DNA from: Octopus sinensis
Lineage: Eukaryota
Reading direction: 5' to 3'
Assembly (NCBI RefSeq): GCF_006345805.1
Contig: NC_042998.1
Span: forward strand, 109,492,001-109,556,000
Length of the DNA stretch: 64,000 nt
Shown one piece after another: positions 1 through 12,518 of the stretch; position 1 is the first letter of the stretch; every line of letters begins with the position of its first letter. The notes below the pieces were generated by a model. The model saw nothing but the letters and a program-made list of their open reading frames with translations. It searched no databases and was not told where the DNA came from. The position numbers and the translations under genes were made by a program.

Positions 1-560
1 AATTAAAGAATTTATGATGTCGAAGGGCCCCTGGTAAAAGTTTTCAAATTAGTGTTAAGAAGTTCCAAGCTATATTTTAGAAACCTTCAGACTGGATGGA
101 GGAATAAACCAGATTACCTTTTTCTTTCTGACTCTCTTCGGAATTGGGGTGGAGTATCTTCATATGCACTTACTTATCAGCCTTTCTTGCTAGTATCTCA
201 TTATTGTTGAAGATCTCTCTGTCTGCTGATAAATTAGAGATTCTTCTATTGATATCTGTGATTAAATGTCTAATTACAGCTGGGAGATAGATGGAGTATC
301 CATGAATATAAACAGCTTTCTCATTGGTTTCTGTACAGTTACCTATCTTGAGAGCTAGGGTTCTGTCCAAGATGTTGATCTTTGTCAAGTTGGTGATAAC
401 AGTTATATTTTGGCTGAATTCTTTGAAAATATCTATAAGATTCATCTTGAACTTATCTATGATATGGCTGTTTATATGAATTGCCTAAGAACGAACTGTG
501 ATGGTATGTATGTTTTTAGGCTATCTAGGATAAATAACTTAGGTTTGGCTTGGTTTTATG
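1..560 (-). mobile_element. Penelope-like retroelement (PLE) RT thumb/linker remnant, degraded
   Basis: Minus translation IFKEFSQNITVITNLTKINILDRTLALK..YIHGYSIYLPAVIRHLITDINRRISNLS, then VIWFIPPSSLKV..HKFF-like; resembles PLE FLD..YIH..SNHP..RISNLS and IIWFNPPYS motifs. Confidence 0.75.
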
Positions 561-739
561 ATTGTCTCCGTTTGCTATAGGAGTCTGTAATTTCCTCTAC
601 TCTGTTGCTGCCATAGCTATTGATATCTGCTGTTGCAATGACCATGTGGTTTATTCACATACATTTATATTATATTTATGTGAATGCATCTATACATGTA
701 CATATGTAAGTATGTATATATATATATATACACATGTAC

Positions 740-740
<1 letters not shown>

Positions 741-770
<30 letters not shown>

Positions 771-832
771 TGTATGTATGTATGTATGTATGCATGTATG
801 TATGTATGTATGTATGTATGTATGTATGTATG
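741..832. repeat. (TATG)n microsatellite
   Basis: Direct reading. Confidence 0.95.
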
Positions 833-859
833 AGCAAACTAAGTAGTATTTACACATGA

Positions 860-985
860 GCATGCATGGCTTCGTGGTTAAGAAGCTTGCTTCACAATCA
901 CATGGCCTTAGGTACTGACTACAGTGCTTCTGGGTTTTATACTATAGCTAAACAGTGCCTTGTGAATGGAATTGCTAGATGGAAG
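860..985 (+). mobile_element. tRNA-headed SINE (family 'ggcatggctgtgtggtaagaag'); further copies near 23980-24080, 25935-26090, 31380-31600, 35370-35650, 47550-47620
   Basis: A-box-like tggcttcgtggtt and shared body gccttgtgagtggatt..gtagatggaa; the copies match one another within the window. Confidence 0.65.
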
Positions 986-1906
986 CCCATCACATGTGTG
1001 TGTGTGTGTGGTGTGTGTGTGTGTGTGTGTGTGTGCTTGAAATTATTACCTTCACTTTTTTGCATGAAGTTGTTTTTGCAAAAGAAAAAAAAAATGATGT
1101 ATTGATATGTTTAGCGAACATAATATCCTTTTGCTTTGCACATTCAATTTTACTGAAGTAAAAAATTCCGTACAAGAAGAACTGGTACAAGTTGTTGACA
1201 GGAAGAGCATCTAATGTAAGATACAGCAACCAATAAGTATCCAGCCAGCCAATACCAGCATAGAAAAACTGACTTAAAATAAACAAAACAAATAACATGC
1301 ATACACATTCATATTTACAAATACATATACACCCACTCACACACATATAGGCACATGGGTGTGTGTGTGTGTGCATGTGAATGCATCAATATAATTCTGT
1401 ATAAAAACTGCGTGGGGGTGTGCATGTAAGAATGCATGGGAACGAATGTGTGCAGTGTATTTGGACAAGTGCAAGTGTATGAGTGTGAATTCTCACCTGT
1501 TGGTAAGCACACAGGTGCAGTGGTGCCAGACCATTTTGTGGGTATTCATGTGTGAATGTTTTAGCATTTGCAGTTTTGAGTGTCTGTCAGCAGTAGGTAT
1601 ACTTCCTCCCAAAACTGTTGTTTATTCCTCCAAAGGCAATAAAGGATGCATTGACCTCCTCCCTCGCTATCCTCTGGAGAAACGCCTTTTCCATTTTGTG
1701 TGCCAGTGCCATGAGAATGTCTCAATATTGTGAGAGGCAAGATTCTTCATTAACAGAAGCTTCTATTATTACCCAACTATAAAATGTAATGTATTGATTC
1801 AAAGATTCTTTTCCACATCTTAGCACTCTTGTGGAATGTCATTTTCTTCCCTTTGAACTTCGTTTGATCTTATTTGTAACCACCTTCATTATCAACTTTG
1901 TGTGAA

Positions 1907-2105
1907 AGGCAGCAAGCTGGCAGAAACATAATCAAAATGCTTAGTGGTATTTTGTCTGTCTTTACGTTCTGAGTTCAAATTCCGCCAAGGTCGACTTCAC
2001 CTTTCATCCTTTCACGTTCGATAAATTAAGTACCAGTTACATACAGAGGTCAATCTAATCGACTGAACCACCCTCCCCCAAAAATTGTGCCTAGAGTAGA
2101 AAAAG
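1907..2105 (+). mobile_element. Meta-domain-like SINE with perfect 18-bp TSD
   Basis: Core gtcgactt..ctttcatcctttc..gataaattaagtaccag; ttatcaactttgtgtgaa at 1889-1906 and 2106-2123. Confidence 0.85.
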
Positions 2106-2353
2106 TTATCAACTTTGTGTGAATATCTACTTGGATATCCAATTGGCATTGACTCTTGCTTTGGTTTGTTTTAATTAATTACTGTCTGGGTTACTAATTT
2201 CACACATTTTATCCACTCCATGTCCATGAATGGATTTTGTTTTAAGGTATACAGAGACCTTGAAGCATTACTCCAAATGTGGTCTGCAAGTAATTGTCTA
2301 TTTTCTGTTCATCATATCACTATATGATGAACAGTGATTTTTATATATATATA

Positions 2354-3248
2354 TAGGGTGCCCCAAAAGTCACTGATGGGTTTCAATTTTTAATAACTTT
2401 CTACAAATAAATACTTGAAATTTTGATAAAATATAAAGCACATAATGGAAATTAATCTGCATAAGTCAAATTTTGCAACACCACAATATCACATATGAAA
2501 AATGACATCACTTAAATGGCAGTAATTTTCGGCTTTACATACCTGTGCTCTTTCCAAAACTTGCACCATAACACCCTTGAGAGTTTCAGACACCACTTTT
2601 CTGATTTCTCTACTGGTGCTCTCCTTCAGTTGCACCAGGGTCTCCAGTTTGTTGATGTAAACTCTCTCTTTCAGGTATCTTTAGTTTGTTGATGTAAACC
2701 CTCTCTTTCAGGTATCTCCACAAGAAAAAATCCAGACAAGTCAAGTCAGGGGAACACATGGTTTCAGCAAGATGGGACAATTTCTCATACCACAAGAGAA
2801 ACAATGCAGTTGCTATGGCAGTACTTGGGAGAGAGAATAATCTCCTGCTGTGGCAATGTCAACTGGCCTTCACATTCCCCAGATTTGACTAGCCTGGATT
2901 TTTTCTTGTGGGTATACCTGAAAGAGAGGGTTTACACAAGCAAACCGGAGACCCTGGTGCAACTGAAAGAGAACACCAATAGAGAAATCAGAGAAGTGGG
3001 GCCTGAAACTCATTAGGTTGTTATGGTGCAAGTTTTGGAAAGAACACAGGTGTGTGAAGCTGAATATGGCTCCAATTTAAGCAATCTAATTTTTCATATG
3101 TGATGTTGTGGTGTTGCAAAATTTGACTTATGCATATTAATTTCCATTATGTCCTTTTTTATATTGTATCAAACTTTCATGCATTTATTTATAAATCTAA
3201 GGAAGCTATTAAAACTTGAAACCTATCAGTGACTTTTGGGACACCCTG
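2354..3248. mobile_element. Tc1/mariner-superfamily derivative with two inverted 3' halves (fold-back)
   Basis: Termini (c/t)agggtgccccaaaagtcactga / tcagtgacttttgggacaccctg; WFQQDG and NWPSHSPDLTSLDFFLWVYLKERVY on +, mirrored SPDLTCLDFFLWRYLKERVY on -. Confidence 0.85.
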
Positions 3249-3599
3249 CATGTAGTTTGATGCAACTTAACATTTCTTACAAGGCATCTAGAGACAAATT
3301 CAGGATGGTTACTATATACATGTGTGTGTGTACGTGCGCGTGTGCATGTGTCCACATTAAAGTCAATGATGTGACTCTGAGTGGATTATGGAACAGTTGT
3401 AACTTCAACCAGAACTCCTTGCTTCTCGTCCCTCTGTTGTATTTGTTTATACATAGATACATATATACATACATGTGTGTGTGTGTGTGCATGTGTATGT
3501 ATGCATGCATGTATGAATGTATGTATGTATTTATGTGTGTGAGAGTGTATATATATATGATGTGTCGGGTGATGTGATATGCTTGAGAAGACCTGTTGA

Positions 3600-4075
3600 G
3601 TCAAATAAAACCAATATCATAGCTGTGGCCAATGCCCCCTGACTGGCTCCCCTACTGGTGGCATGTAAAAAGCACTATCCAAGCATGGTCAATGCCAGGT
3701 CCACCTGACTGGCTTCCAAACGTGGCCAATGCCAGTAGCCCACTGACTAGATCCCATGCCAGTGGCACCTAAAAAGCACCATCCAAATGTGACCAATGCC
3801 AGTACCCTCTGACTGACCTCTGTGCCGGTGGCACGTAAAAAGCGCTATCCAAATGTGATCGATGCCTGGCCCGCTCGACTGGCTCCTGTACCAATGGTAC
3901 ATAAAAAGCATCGACTACACTCTTGGAGTGGTTGGCATTAGGAAGGGCATCCAGCTGTAGAAACATTGCCAGATCAGGTGCATCTGCTGGAGCTTGGTGC
4001 ATCTGCTGGCTCTCCAGACCTCAGTCAAACCGTCCAACTTAGCATAGAAAATGAATGTTAGACAATGATGATGAT
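3600..4075 (+). mobile_element. RTE 3'-tail element/SINE with about five tandem ~60-65-bp internal units; same tail at 13470-13700(-), 24290-24560(-), 31600-31745(-), 32290-32510(+), 48805-49100(-), 59916-59948(-), 62140-62295(+)
   Basis: Unit ccaatgcc..tgactggctcc..tgccggtggca.gtaaaaagcac; tail gttggcattaggaagggcatccagctgtagaaac..gtcaaaccgtccaa..(gat)n shared with the LINE end at 56250-56414. Confidence 0.8.
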
Positions 4076-4104
4076 GATATGCGTATATACATATAAATAT
4101 GTAT

Positions 4105-4415
4105 ATAATAATAATGGACTCTCCTGTCATTAGACGATGAATGAGGGTTCAACAATTTCTTACTGAACAATCACACAGATGATTTGTTTATAGTGATCAA
4201 ATGTTTGTGCACACATAAGCTCACTCCCTCCATCAGATCAACATTACTCGTACAGGTACAATGAGTGCCACATGTTAGATGTTGAAATGATCACAGAGCA
4301 ACATGGAATGAAGTGCTTTGCTCAAGACCACAACGCGATGCCCAGTCTGGGAATCAAACCCATGGCCTTGCAATCTTGAGTGCAACACCTTAACCACTAA
4401 GCCATGTGCCTTCAC
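4105..4415 (-). mobile_element. tRNA-headed SINE (second family)
   Basis: Minus strand ggcacatggcttagtggttaaggtgttgcactc..gggtttgattcccagac (A and B boxes), then ttgagcaaagcactt. Confidence 0.7.
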
Positions 4416-4506
4416 ACATGTATATACACACACACACACACACATATATAAGATAAACTTACTTGGAAATGGATGCATGGCATTCACTCAAATAATAATA
4501 TAAATA

Positions 4507-4537
<31 letters not shown>

Positions 4538-4925
4538 CATGTGTGTGTGTGTGTGCATGTGTGTGTGAGAGAGAGAGCGAGAGTGTGTGTGTATATGTAC
4601 ATACATGCACATATATATATGCATATATGGGTACAGAACGTCACAAACCATAAACAACATGAAATACAAAAGCAAAAGAGTTGAATACGCAAACAACGAG
4701 AAAGACAAATGGAAAACAGGACAACTAACATAAAGAACAACCCCTCATCAGTTGTCGGCTGTCCATCTGCTTCTCATTTTGAGCACTCGAAAGGAGGAGC
4801 AGATGGACAGTTGTGTATTCAACTCTTTTCATGTTGTTTATGGTTTGTGACGTTCTGTACCCATATATGCATATATATATGTGTATGTATGTACATATAC
4901 ATATATATATATTATTATATATATA

Positions 4926-4967
<42 letters not shown>

Positions 4968-5744
4968 GTATATATTAAAAATAGGGAAGGCTGGTTTATG
5001 GGATTACCTTAGGTTTCCCATTCATAAAGGGTTTAGCTTTATGGCATATCATCAGATCCCAAAAACCTGTTGGCTCATGACCTCTTAAAAAAAAATATAT
5101 ATTTTTTTTGTTTTCTTTCTTATCTACAGTGTATATGCTTATATTTAGAAATATTTACCATTTTTGTTACGGAAATCTAATAGTAATGCTTCATTCCCTA
5201 ACTTGATGGGCCCAAACTCAAGATCTTTTTGAGATTCCACTTTATGTATGGATGCACCTGATATGACCCTGACTGCAAAATGGATGCAACACATGATGTA
5301 GAGAGTCCCTGCAGATGACATCAGGTAGCTCAAACCATGCCAGTGCTTTACTCAACACATTAACACACTGATCGACATAGCCATTAGTCCAAAATATTAT
5401 GTATATATATATGATGGTGTATATATATATATATATATATATATATTTGAGTAGTTGAATGAATTATCTTATTATGGATAATTCGAAAGATAACCGATAC
5501 ATGGGTAGCAAATTCACATCAGAAAGAACATGGTTGAAGCTACGTCCCTAGGACATAGACTATGTGTCTTCATGCGGAAATTTGTATGTTTATTTTAAAA
5601 TTATAAGTATATGAAAGAATGGAGTTGAACGACTAGTTAACAAATATCTTTTATTCTCGACATATGTTTCGACACATGTTTCGAGAATAAAGGATATTTG
5701 TTAACTAGTCATTCAACTCCATTCTTTCATATACTTATAATTAT

Positions 5745-5765
5745 ATATATATATATATATATACT

Positions 5766-5819
<54 letters not shown>

Positions 5820-5995
5820 CTGACCGACCAACCCACCAACTGACCAACCAACTGACCAACCAATCAACCAACCAACCGACCGACCGACTGACTGATCGAG
5901 AGATAGATACACAGATAGGTAAATAAACAAGTAGGTAGGTAGACAAGTATGTATGTATGTAATTATGTATGTATGTATGTTTTTATGTATGTAGG
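5745..5995. repeat. Compound microsatellite (TA)n-(GATA)n-(CCAA/CCGA)n-(TATG)n
   Basis: Direct reading. Confidence 0.9.
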
Positions 5996-6849
5996 TAGGT
6001 ATGGATGGATAAGTAAAGCATCCAGCTGTAAAAATGTTGCCTAAAAGTACTCATCTAAGCTATCCCAGGATAAAAAATTGGATGTAAAATTAATGATCAA
6101 TCACATATATGTTTTATGAAAAGTGTCCAAAACACATACCTAGTAGACTTTTTTCTTTTTATAGGAGACTAATAGTCACTCAAACATACAAGTCTCTCCC
6201 TTCTCCATGGCACCAATGTTATCTGAGAAAATAGCAATGTTTTCACAACTTGGTATCAAAGAAATTGCAAGGCTTTACCATTATATATAAAATATATCTA
6301 CTTTAGGATCTTTTGGTAATTTGTCACTGCCACCCCCCACCCCCACACACACACACTTTTATTCCGTTTGCCTATTTTATACTATCTCATTGCTGCGTTT
6401 CTTCCTCTCCTGATCATTGTACTATGTTAACCTTGTAATGATGGAAAACTTTAGCTCTTTTCATACACAATTCTCCCAACCACCATCCGTACTTCTCTAC
6501 CCTGCTCCCCGCCTCTCTCTTTCATCACAGTGCCTGAGTAATGAGAGATTTTATTGAATCTTTTGGCCTTCAATACATCCTCTAGTTACTCTCTTGTGCA
6601 ATTAGCCATTACTCTCCCTCTCTCTTGACTCACTCCTTCAGTGACATCAGTCTCTTACCATTACTATCTCAACAACCTGTCCTCCATACACTTTCTTACT
6701 TGTAAATATCCCTCATTCTATGCTTCTAATTATGACTTTCTAGCCACTCTCCAAATCATTCAGTATTGACATCTATCGAACTCTCTTATCTCCATTCCTT
6801 TTTCATAATTATTCATCCTCATTATTCTTTGCCAGTAAATATCTAACTT

Positions 6850-6852
<3 letters not shown>

Positions 6853-6932
<80 letters not shown>
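6853..6932. repeat. (CT)n microsatellite
   Basis: Direct reading, about 40 units. Confidence 0.95.
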
Positions 6933-6935
<3 letters not shown>

Positions 6936-7539
6936 ATTACCTTCTTATGTTTCCTATTTCTCCCTCTCCTTCTATATTGTCATTTCAAACATTCGGTTTT
7001 CCTCTTCATGCTTGCACTTTTTCTTCATAGCACCTCAGTTCATTATCTGCTACCACCTCATTTCTAACCACTCTGTTGGTCATGTTCTGCATAGTGAATG
7101 GTGACAACATTAAGCAGTAAAGATTCTTTATTCTTGAACATTACAAGATAACCTCACTAGTATTGGTACCATGATAAAATGCAGTCAGTGCACTCTGTAA
7201 AGAGGCTGCAGAATGAATGGAGAAAACATAGGGATGAGAGGACCCTTAAGTTTAGACAAGATTTTTATGGAAGACTACCAGCTCCCCATGCATGGAAGTT
7301 CTCCTTCTAGATGCCATGAATATTTTCCAAAGGAATGGCAAGGGCTGATACAGCTTTGCACAAGTCTCATCGCAGGCTTTGCTATCAGTTTGCAAAGAGC
7401 CAGAATAGATACTACAAAAGGCATCATCTGATGCTGTTGCAATTCTACTAATACAACCCACCATACTGGTATTTTATCAATCTTGAGTGAATGAAAAGCA
7501 TGTTTGACTGCAGCAAGATTTATATTCAGTACATTGAGA

Positions 7540-7800
7540 GTTGTTGTTGTCTTGCAGCATTCACCCAGGTGGGTTGAGCCGGCTTCATTCATCCTCAATG
7601 CTGCATCTCTCACAAACGCCGACCAGACCTGGCAACTTGAGGCTAACGACTGCGTGATCTCCAACCACCACTCCTTACTCCAGTGGCGAACGCTGTAGAT
7701 ATGGTGGCCTAGGTTGGGTTCCAGATCAGCCTTGACTGTCATCAGCCAGGTTTTTCGTTGGCCACCACATCACTTTCACCAACCCTGAAGGGGAGCTGGG
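7540..7800 (-). mobile_element. RTE-clade LINE ORF2 C-terminal fragment
   Basis: KTWLMTVKADLEPNLGHHIYSVRHWSKEWWLEITQSLA..VWSAFVRDA..NEAGST resembles RTE C-termini (KTW..TIKADLEP..W...AQDR.AWSA.VRD..AGST). Confidence 0.65.
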
Positions 7801-9574
7801 GCAATTACTTCTTAGATGAATTCTCCTTGTTGACGACATTGAGAGCTGAAACAAACACTGCAAAGTAGTCTATCCAACACTCTGACGACTTTGGAAATTT
7901 GCTGCCATTATACACATGCACACACATATACACACATATGCACATGTACATGTTCACACACACACCATACACACATTGTATGTATGTGTGTGTGTGTGTA
8001 TACATATAAGTTCATACATGTGTATGCACATACATATGCATGCATATGTATGTCATTGTTCAGTTTTATTTCGTATGTATGTATGTATGTATGTATTCTT
8101 CTTCCTTTTACTCTGTGTATGATAACAAAAACAATGGAATCTAATATTGAGAAGAAACAATATTGAGAAGAAAGCTTCCCCCATTCAAAACACACCAAAC
8201 TCTCCACCCTAAACAATTTTGATTCACACTTAACCAAATACAAAAACTTGTGAGACATCTTTTTGTTTGTTTTTTATTTCTTTTTAAAAACAATATTATT
8301 TGATGTTGGTAACATTTAAATTACAATATATCTTCCCTTCTAACACTAAAACTTCTTTGAATTTTTTACTTTAATCTTAATAGCCAAAACAATATATTGA
8401 TTTCTGAAAACTTCAAAAGGTGAAGTAAAAAATGTGAAGTAAAATAAAACATGCTTTTCTTCATTCCAAAATTGATAAACCAAATACCAGTAAAATACCA
8501 AAGGAAGGTGTTGATTAAAATCACCTATAGTTTTGAAGGTGACGTCCCTCAATGGTCACAGTTGAATAACTGAAAAATAGATTAAAAAATACAGAAACAC
8601 ACATATCTCTCCCTCCCTCCTCCTCTCTCTTTCTGTCCCCTTCTAGTTTCTGTCTCCTTTCTTGTCTGTTTTTTCTGTCATTATACATGTGTCTAACTCT
8701 TACTTTTCACTCTCCACCTGCTTCCTATAGTAAGATCTACAATGTTCTCCCATACTTTCGATTGTGCTGCTGCTATGCACATGAACATCCTTGGCTGGCA
8801 TCCAATTAAAGAAGCCATCTAGTTAATTGGCAATTACTTACTCAGCAACACACAACAACTTCTGGACCATAGAAATGCTGACTCCTCTCTGCCTATATTG
8901 TCACCACTAAATAATTTCTGTTTCTCAGAACAATCTTGTTGAAACCAACTCCCCCCTTAACCTCCATCACCAAAAGCTACAGCATCTAATTTATCTTCTC
9001 TAGTATGTCAGCTCTGTGGAATTTTTTTGTGACCAGCATTTTCCCATATTTGTCTTCTCACCAGCTTCAAAATGCTTGAACAGTTTTCAAATTTTGCCCC
9101 TTCATCCTGTCTACACCACAAAAAAAATAAATATTTGCCTTCTATTACAAAACTCACCACACTTTATAAATGCAATCACACTGCAGTGACTTAGCTATTT
9201 GTCCTTCACATTTCATTTACAGCCCCCAATGACACAGCTACATTTACAGCTCAGTCACATGGCAGTATCTCAGTTATTTACTCTTAACTACTGGATTAAA
9301 CAGTTGTCTACTCTTTACATCTGCGATACATCTCAGTGACTCAATTATCTGCTCTTTAACTCTTAGTCAGTGCTTGTGATCAAATTAGCTGTCATTTACA
9401 TTTCTGTCACACACGAATGACCCAGTTCAATGCTCTTTTATCGCAGTCAAATCTCAATAGCCCAGTTATCTGCCATTAGCATCACAGTCATATCTAAGTG
9501 CTCTTTGCATATCAGATGCCTCATTTATTATGCTGACCTTAGACAATAAGACTAATTAATCTTTTAATTACAGA

Positions 9575-9785
9575 GAAAGCAGTGAGCTGGCAGAAACGTT
9601 AGGATTCCGAGTAAAATGCTTAGCGGTATTTCGTCTGTCTTCTGAGTTCAAATTCTGCTGAAGTCAACTTTGCCTTTCATCCTTTCGGGGTCGATAAAGT
9701 AAGTACCAGTTGCATACTGGGGTCAATCTAATCGACTAGCCTCCTCCCAAAACATTTCAGGCCTTGTGCCTAGAGTAGAAAAGAA
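9575..9785 (+). mobile_element. Meta-domain-like SINE copy
   Basis: Colinear with the 1907-2105 and 10120-10335 copies. Confidence 0.85.
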
Positions 9786-10119
9786 TTATAGTGAGACATT
9801 GACGACATATTTAACTAAAAGTGTAAGTTAAATAATACCCAATATTTTCAACTCTAAAAATAATGCAAGTAGGGTTAATTTTGATGTTTAGGAAAACTAT
9901 TAGGGTTTAACTAATATTCAAAGTCATTACCCTTGCTAGCTCTAGCAGAGAATAATGTTTGCTAACCATAAATCTTTTAATTAATCATTCTACTTAAGCT
10001 TACTGTGTTTATTTCTGGTGTTGAAATTATTGCAAATAGGAAAAAAATCATTTCTTTTTCAACAACGAATTTACTTTTTAATTAATTTCTCCTTTTCTTT
10101 ATTAATATTACCAGGCTAT

Positions 10120-10335
10120 AAGGTGGTGAGCTGGCAGAAACGTTAACGTGCCGGACAAAATGCTTAGCGGTATTTCATCTCTCTTTACATTCTGAGCTTA
10201 AATTCTAACTCGCTCAACTTTGCCTTTCATCCTTTTGGGGGGTCAATAAATTAAGTACCAGTTGCGTACTGGGGTCGATCTAATTAACTGGCTTCCTCCC
10301 AAAAAATTTCAGGCCTTGTGCCTAGAGTAGAAAAG
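10120..10335 (+). mobile_element. Meta-domain-like SINE with 16-bp TSD (1 mismatch)
   Basis: aatattaccaggctat at 10104-10119 and aatattactaggctat at 10336-10351. Confidence 0.88.
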
Positions 10336-12518
10336 AATATTACTAGGCTATCTTTGTGACACATATCAATATTTTACATTCAGCTGGTTGCTGATGAAGA
10401 GAATGTGGAACATTCTCTTCATCAGCTAATGACTGAAGATCACAATGATTTCAGCACATACTGACAGTATCACTTCTAGCTGTATTAACCAGCATTAATG
10501 TTATCAGAAAATGATTGGCTTTTCCTCCTCCTCCTCCCTCCCCCTCTCTCCATCTCTCTCTCTCTCTCTCCATCTCACTCTCTCCATCTCTCTCTCCCTT
10601 TCTCTCTCTCTTCATCTCTCTCTCTCTCCCTCTCCTTCTCTCTCTCTCTCTCCTAGTTTAGGATGAATGTACTTTGGAGTAAAGATTGTTTGTCAACATA
10701 ACATAGCAGTTCTGGTCACTTTGAAAACTACATATTTTGAATGGGAATTTGGTAGTGCCACTCTAGTTGAACAATTATTCTGTGCTGAAGAAGAGAAATA
10801 ACTCAGAAAACGTGATACACAGATATTGTTTTGAGCTGAGTTGGGGTGCTAGATTCCCTTGTTCAAAAATATAAGGATACAGGTCGTGTTGTATAGCCAG
10901 CTGGAGACGATGTCTCCTGGAGCTAAATTGCAGCAACATTCATTCTAAACCAGGACTGCCATGTTATGTTGGCAAACAATCTTTACTCCAAAGTGCTGTT
11001 GCTGGATATCTCTTGTTGTGATATTTACAAATAGTAATTTTCTAATGAAATAAATTGTCTTGTACAAGGACACAAGGCGTTGCCAAGTATTGAACTCACT
11101 TCCTTATGATTATGAGCCAAATACCCTAACCACACACATGCACATACATGAATATATACACACACACACATGTATGTGTGCGTGTGTAAATACATGTATG
11201 CATTCATGCACACATACATTTTTCTATTCATTCATTAACCATACCCTTCTCTTCCAAGCTAGTATGACATAGTAACATGTATCATGCTGGTATTGATTGT
11301 TTTATGTAATTATGAGCAGAAATTCATACTCTCTCACCCTTCCTGTCATTGACCCAGGTGAATACTTAGTATGTGACAGCTGGATTGAGAAATGGCTGCA
11401 CCAATAAGGAAATGGTGCTCATTTCACTTGAATAAACTGTGAAATTAAGTATCTTGTTTAACAATACAACGTTCTTCCTAGACAAAGAATCAGACCTATG
11501 ATCATATGATAATGAGCTTAGTCATTAAGCTATGCACCTTCACCATATGCATATGTTGATGCATGTATATGTGTGTTGAAATTGTGATGATATTTGCATG
11601 GCAACTGATGCGGGGTAGAGTCTGTTTGTGTTCATATGTGGGATGTTTATCATTTGCCTATAAATTTTTTGTCATCCTTCTGCGTCACATTTTCTCATGT
11701 GTGTGGGTGGGTGTGTGTGTGCGTGCACACACATGCACGTGTGTTTTTTTATGTGAAATGATATATATAAACAATTAAACATTAAACTGCATGATCATTC
11801 AATTCTTTTTAGTAGAGTACATATTTATTTCCATTGGTAGAAGATTGACCGAAATTTTAAAATTTCAGCTTGCCAGCAATTGTCTGTAGTTTACTTTGGT
11901 CTTTCCGATTATACATAGTTTCTGGCAAAGTTTTCCATTAGTAGGTGAAGTGATATGAATCATAATTACATATAGAGTCAGTAGACACGAGAAGCCGTTA
12001 TGCAGGAAAGGGCTATAGAGACAGGCAAGGGGAAAATATATGTTTGGAGAGTATGTGTTAAGAAAAAAGGATTGTGGAGAAAGTTTTTCTTGTTTGATAG
12101 TGGAAGTTTGTTATCGTTTAGTGTCCAGTCATTGTTATTGTTTAGTGTAAGTAAAAGAGTAACCAGGTGTGTCATATTAAGGATCATAATTTGTGGTATT
12201 TTAAGTTTTTCTTGAGACTGACCAATATTCTTTGTATGTCAGGGTGGCTTTGTGCTATGCTAGAGTCCAGAGAATAATGCTTACAGATAATACCAGTTCA
12301 ATTTGCCACAGAGAATGGGTCGTCAAGAGGTCAAAATTGGCGTTGAAGTTGGTCAAACTTAGAGTTAGAAATCTTAAAGTGGTTATTTTTAAAAAGGCTT
12401 GATTAAAAAGATTATGTCACAATAAAATATTTATTGAGGTAATCTAATATGTTTCTATCATAGCTATAAATATATAAAGGTGTATGTGTGTTTTGTGTGT
12501 GTGTGGGTGTGGGTGTGT

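Noticed and set aside
3625-3915. Repeat-spacer-like array resembling CRISPR
   Set aside because: The units resemble each other along their whole length and match the RTE/SINE 3' UTR; the context is eukaryotic and there are no cas genes
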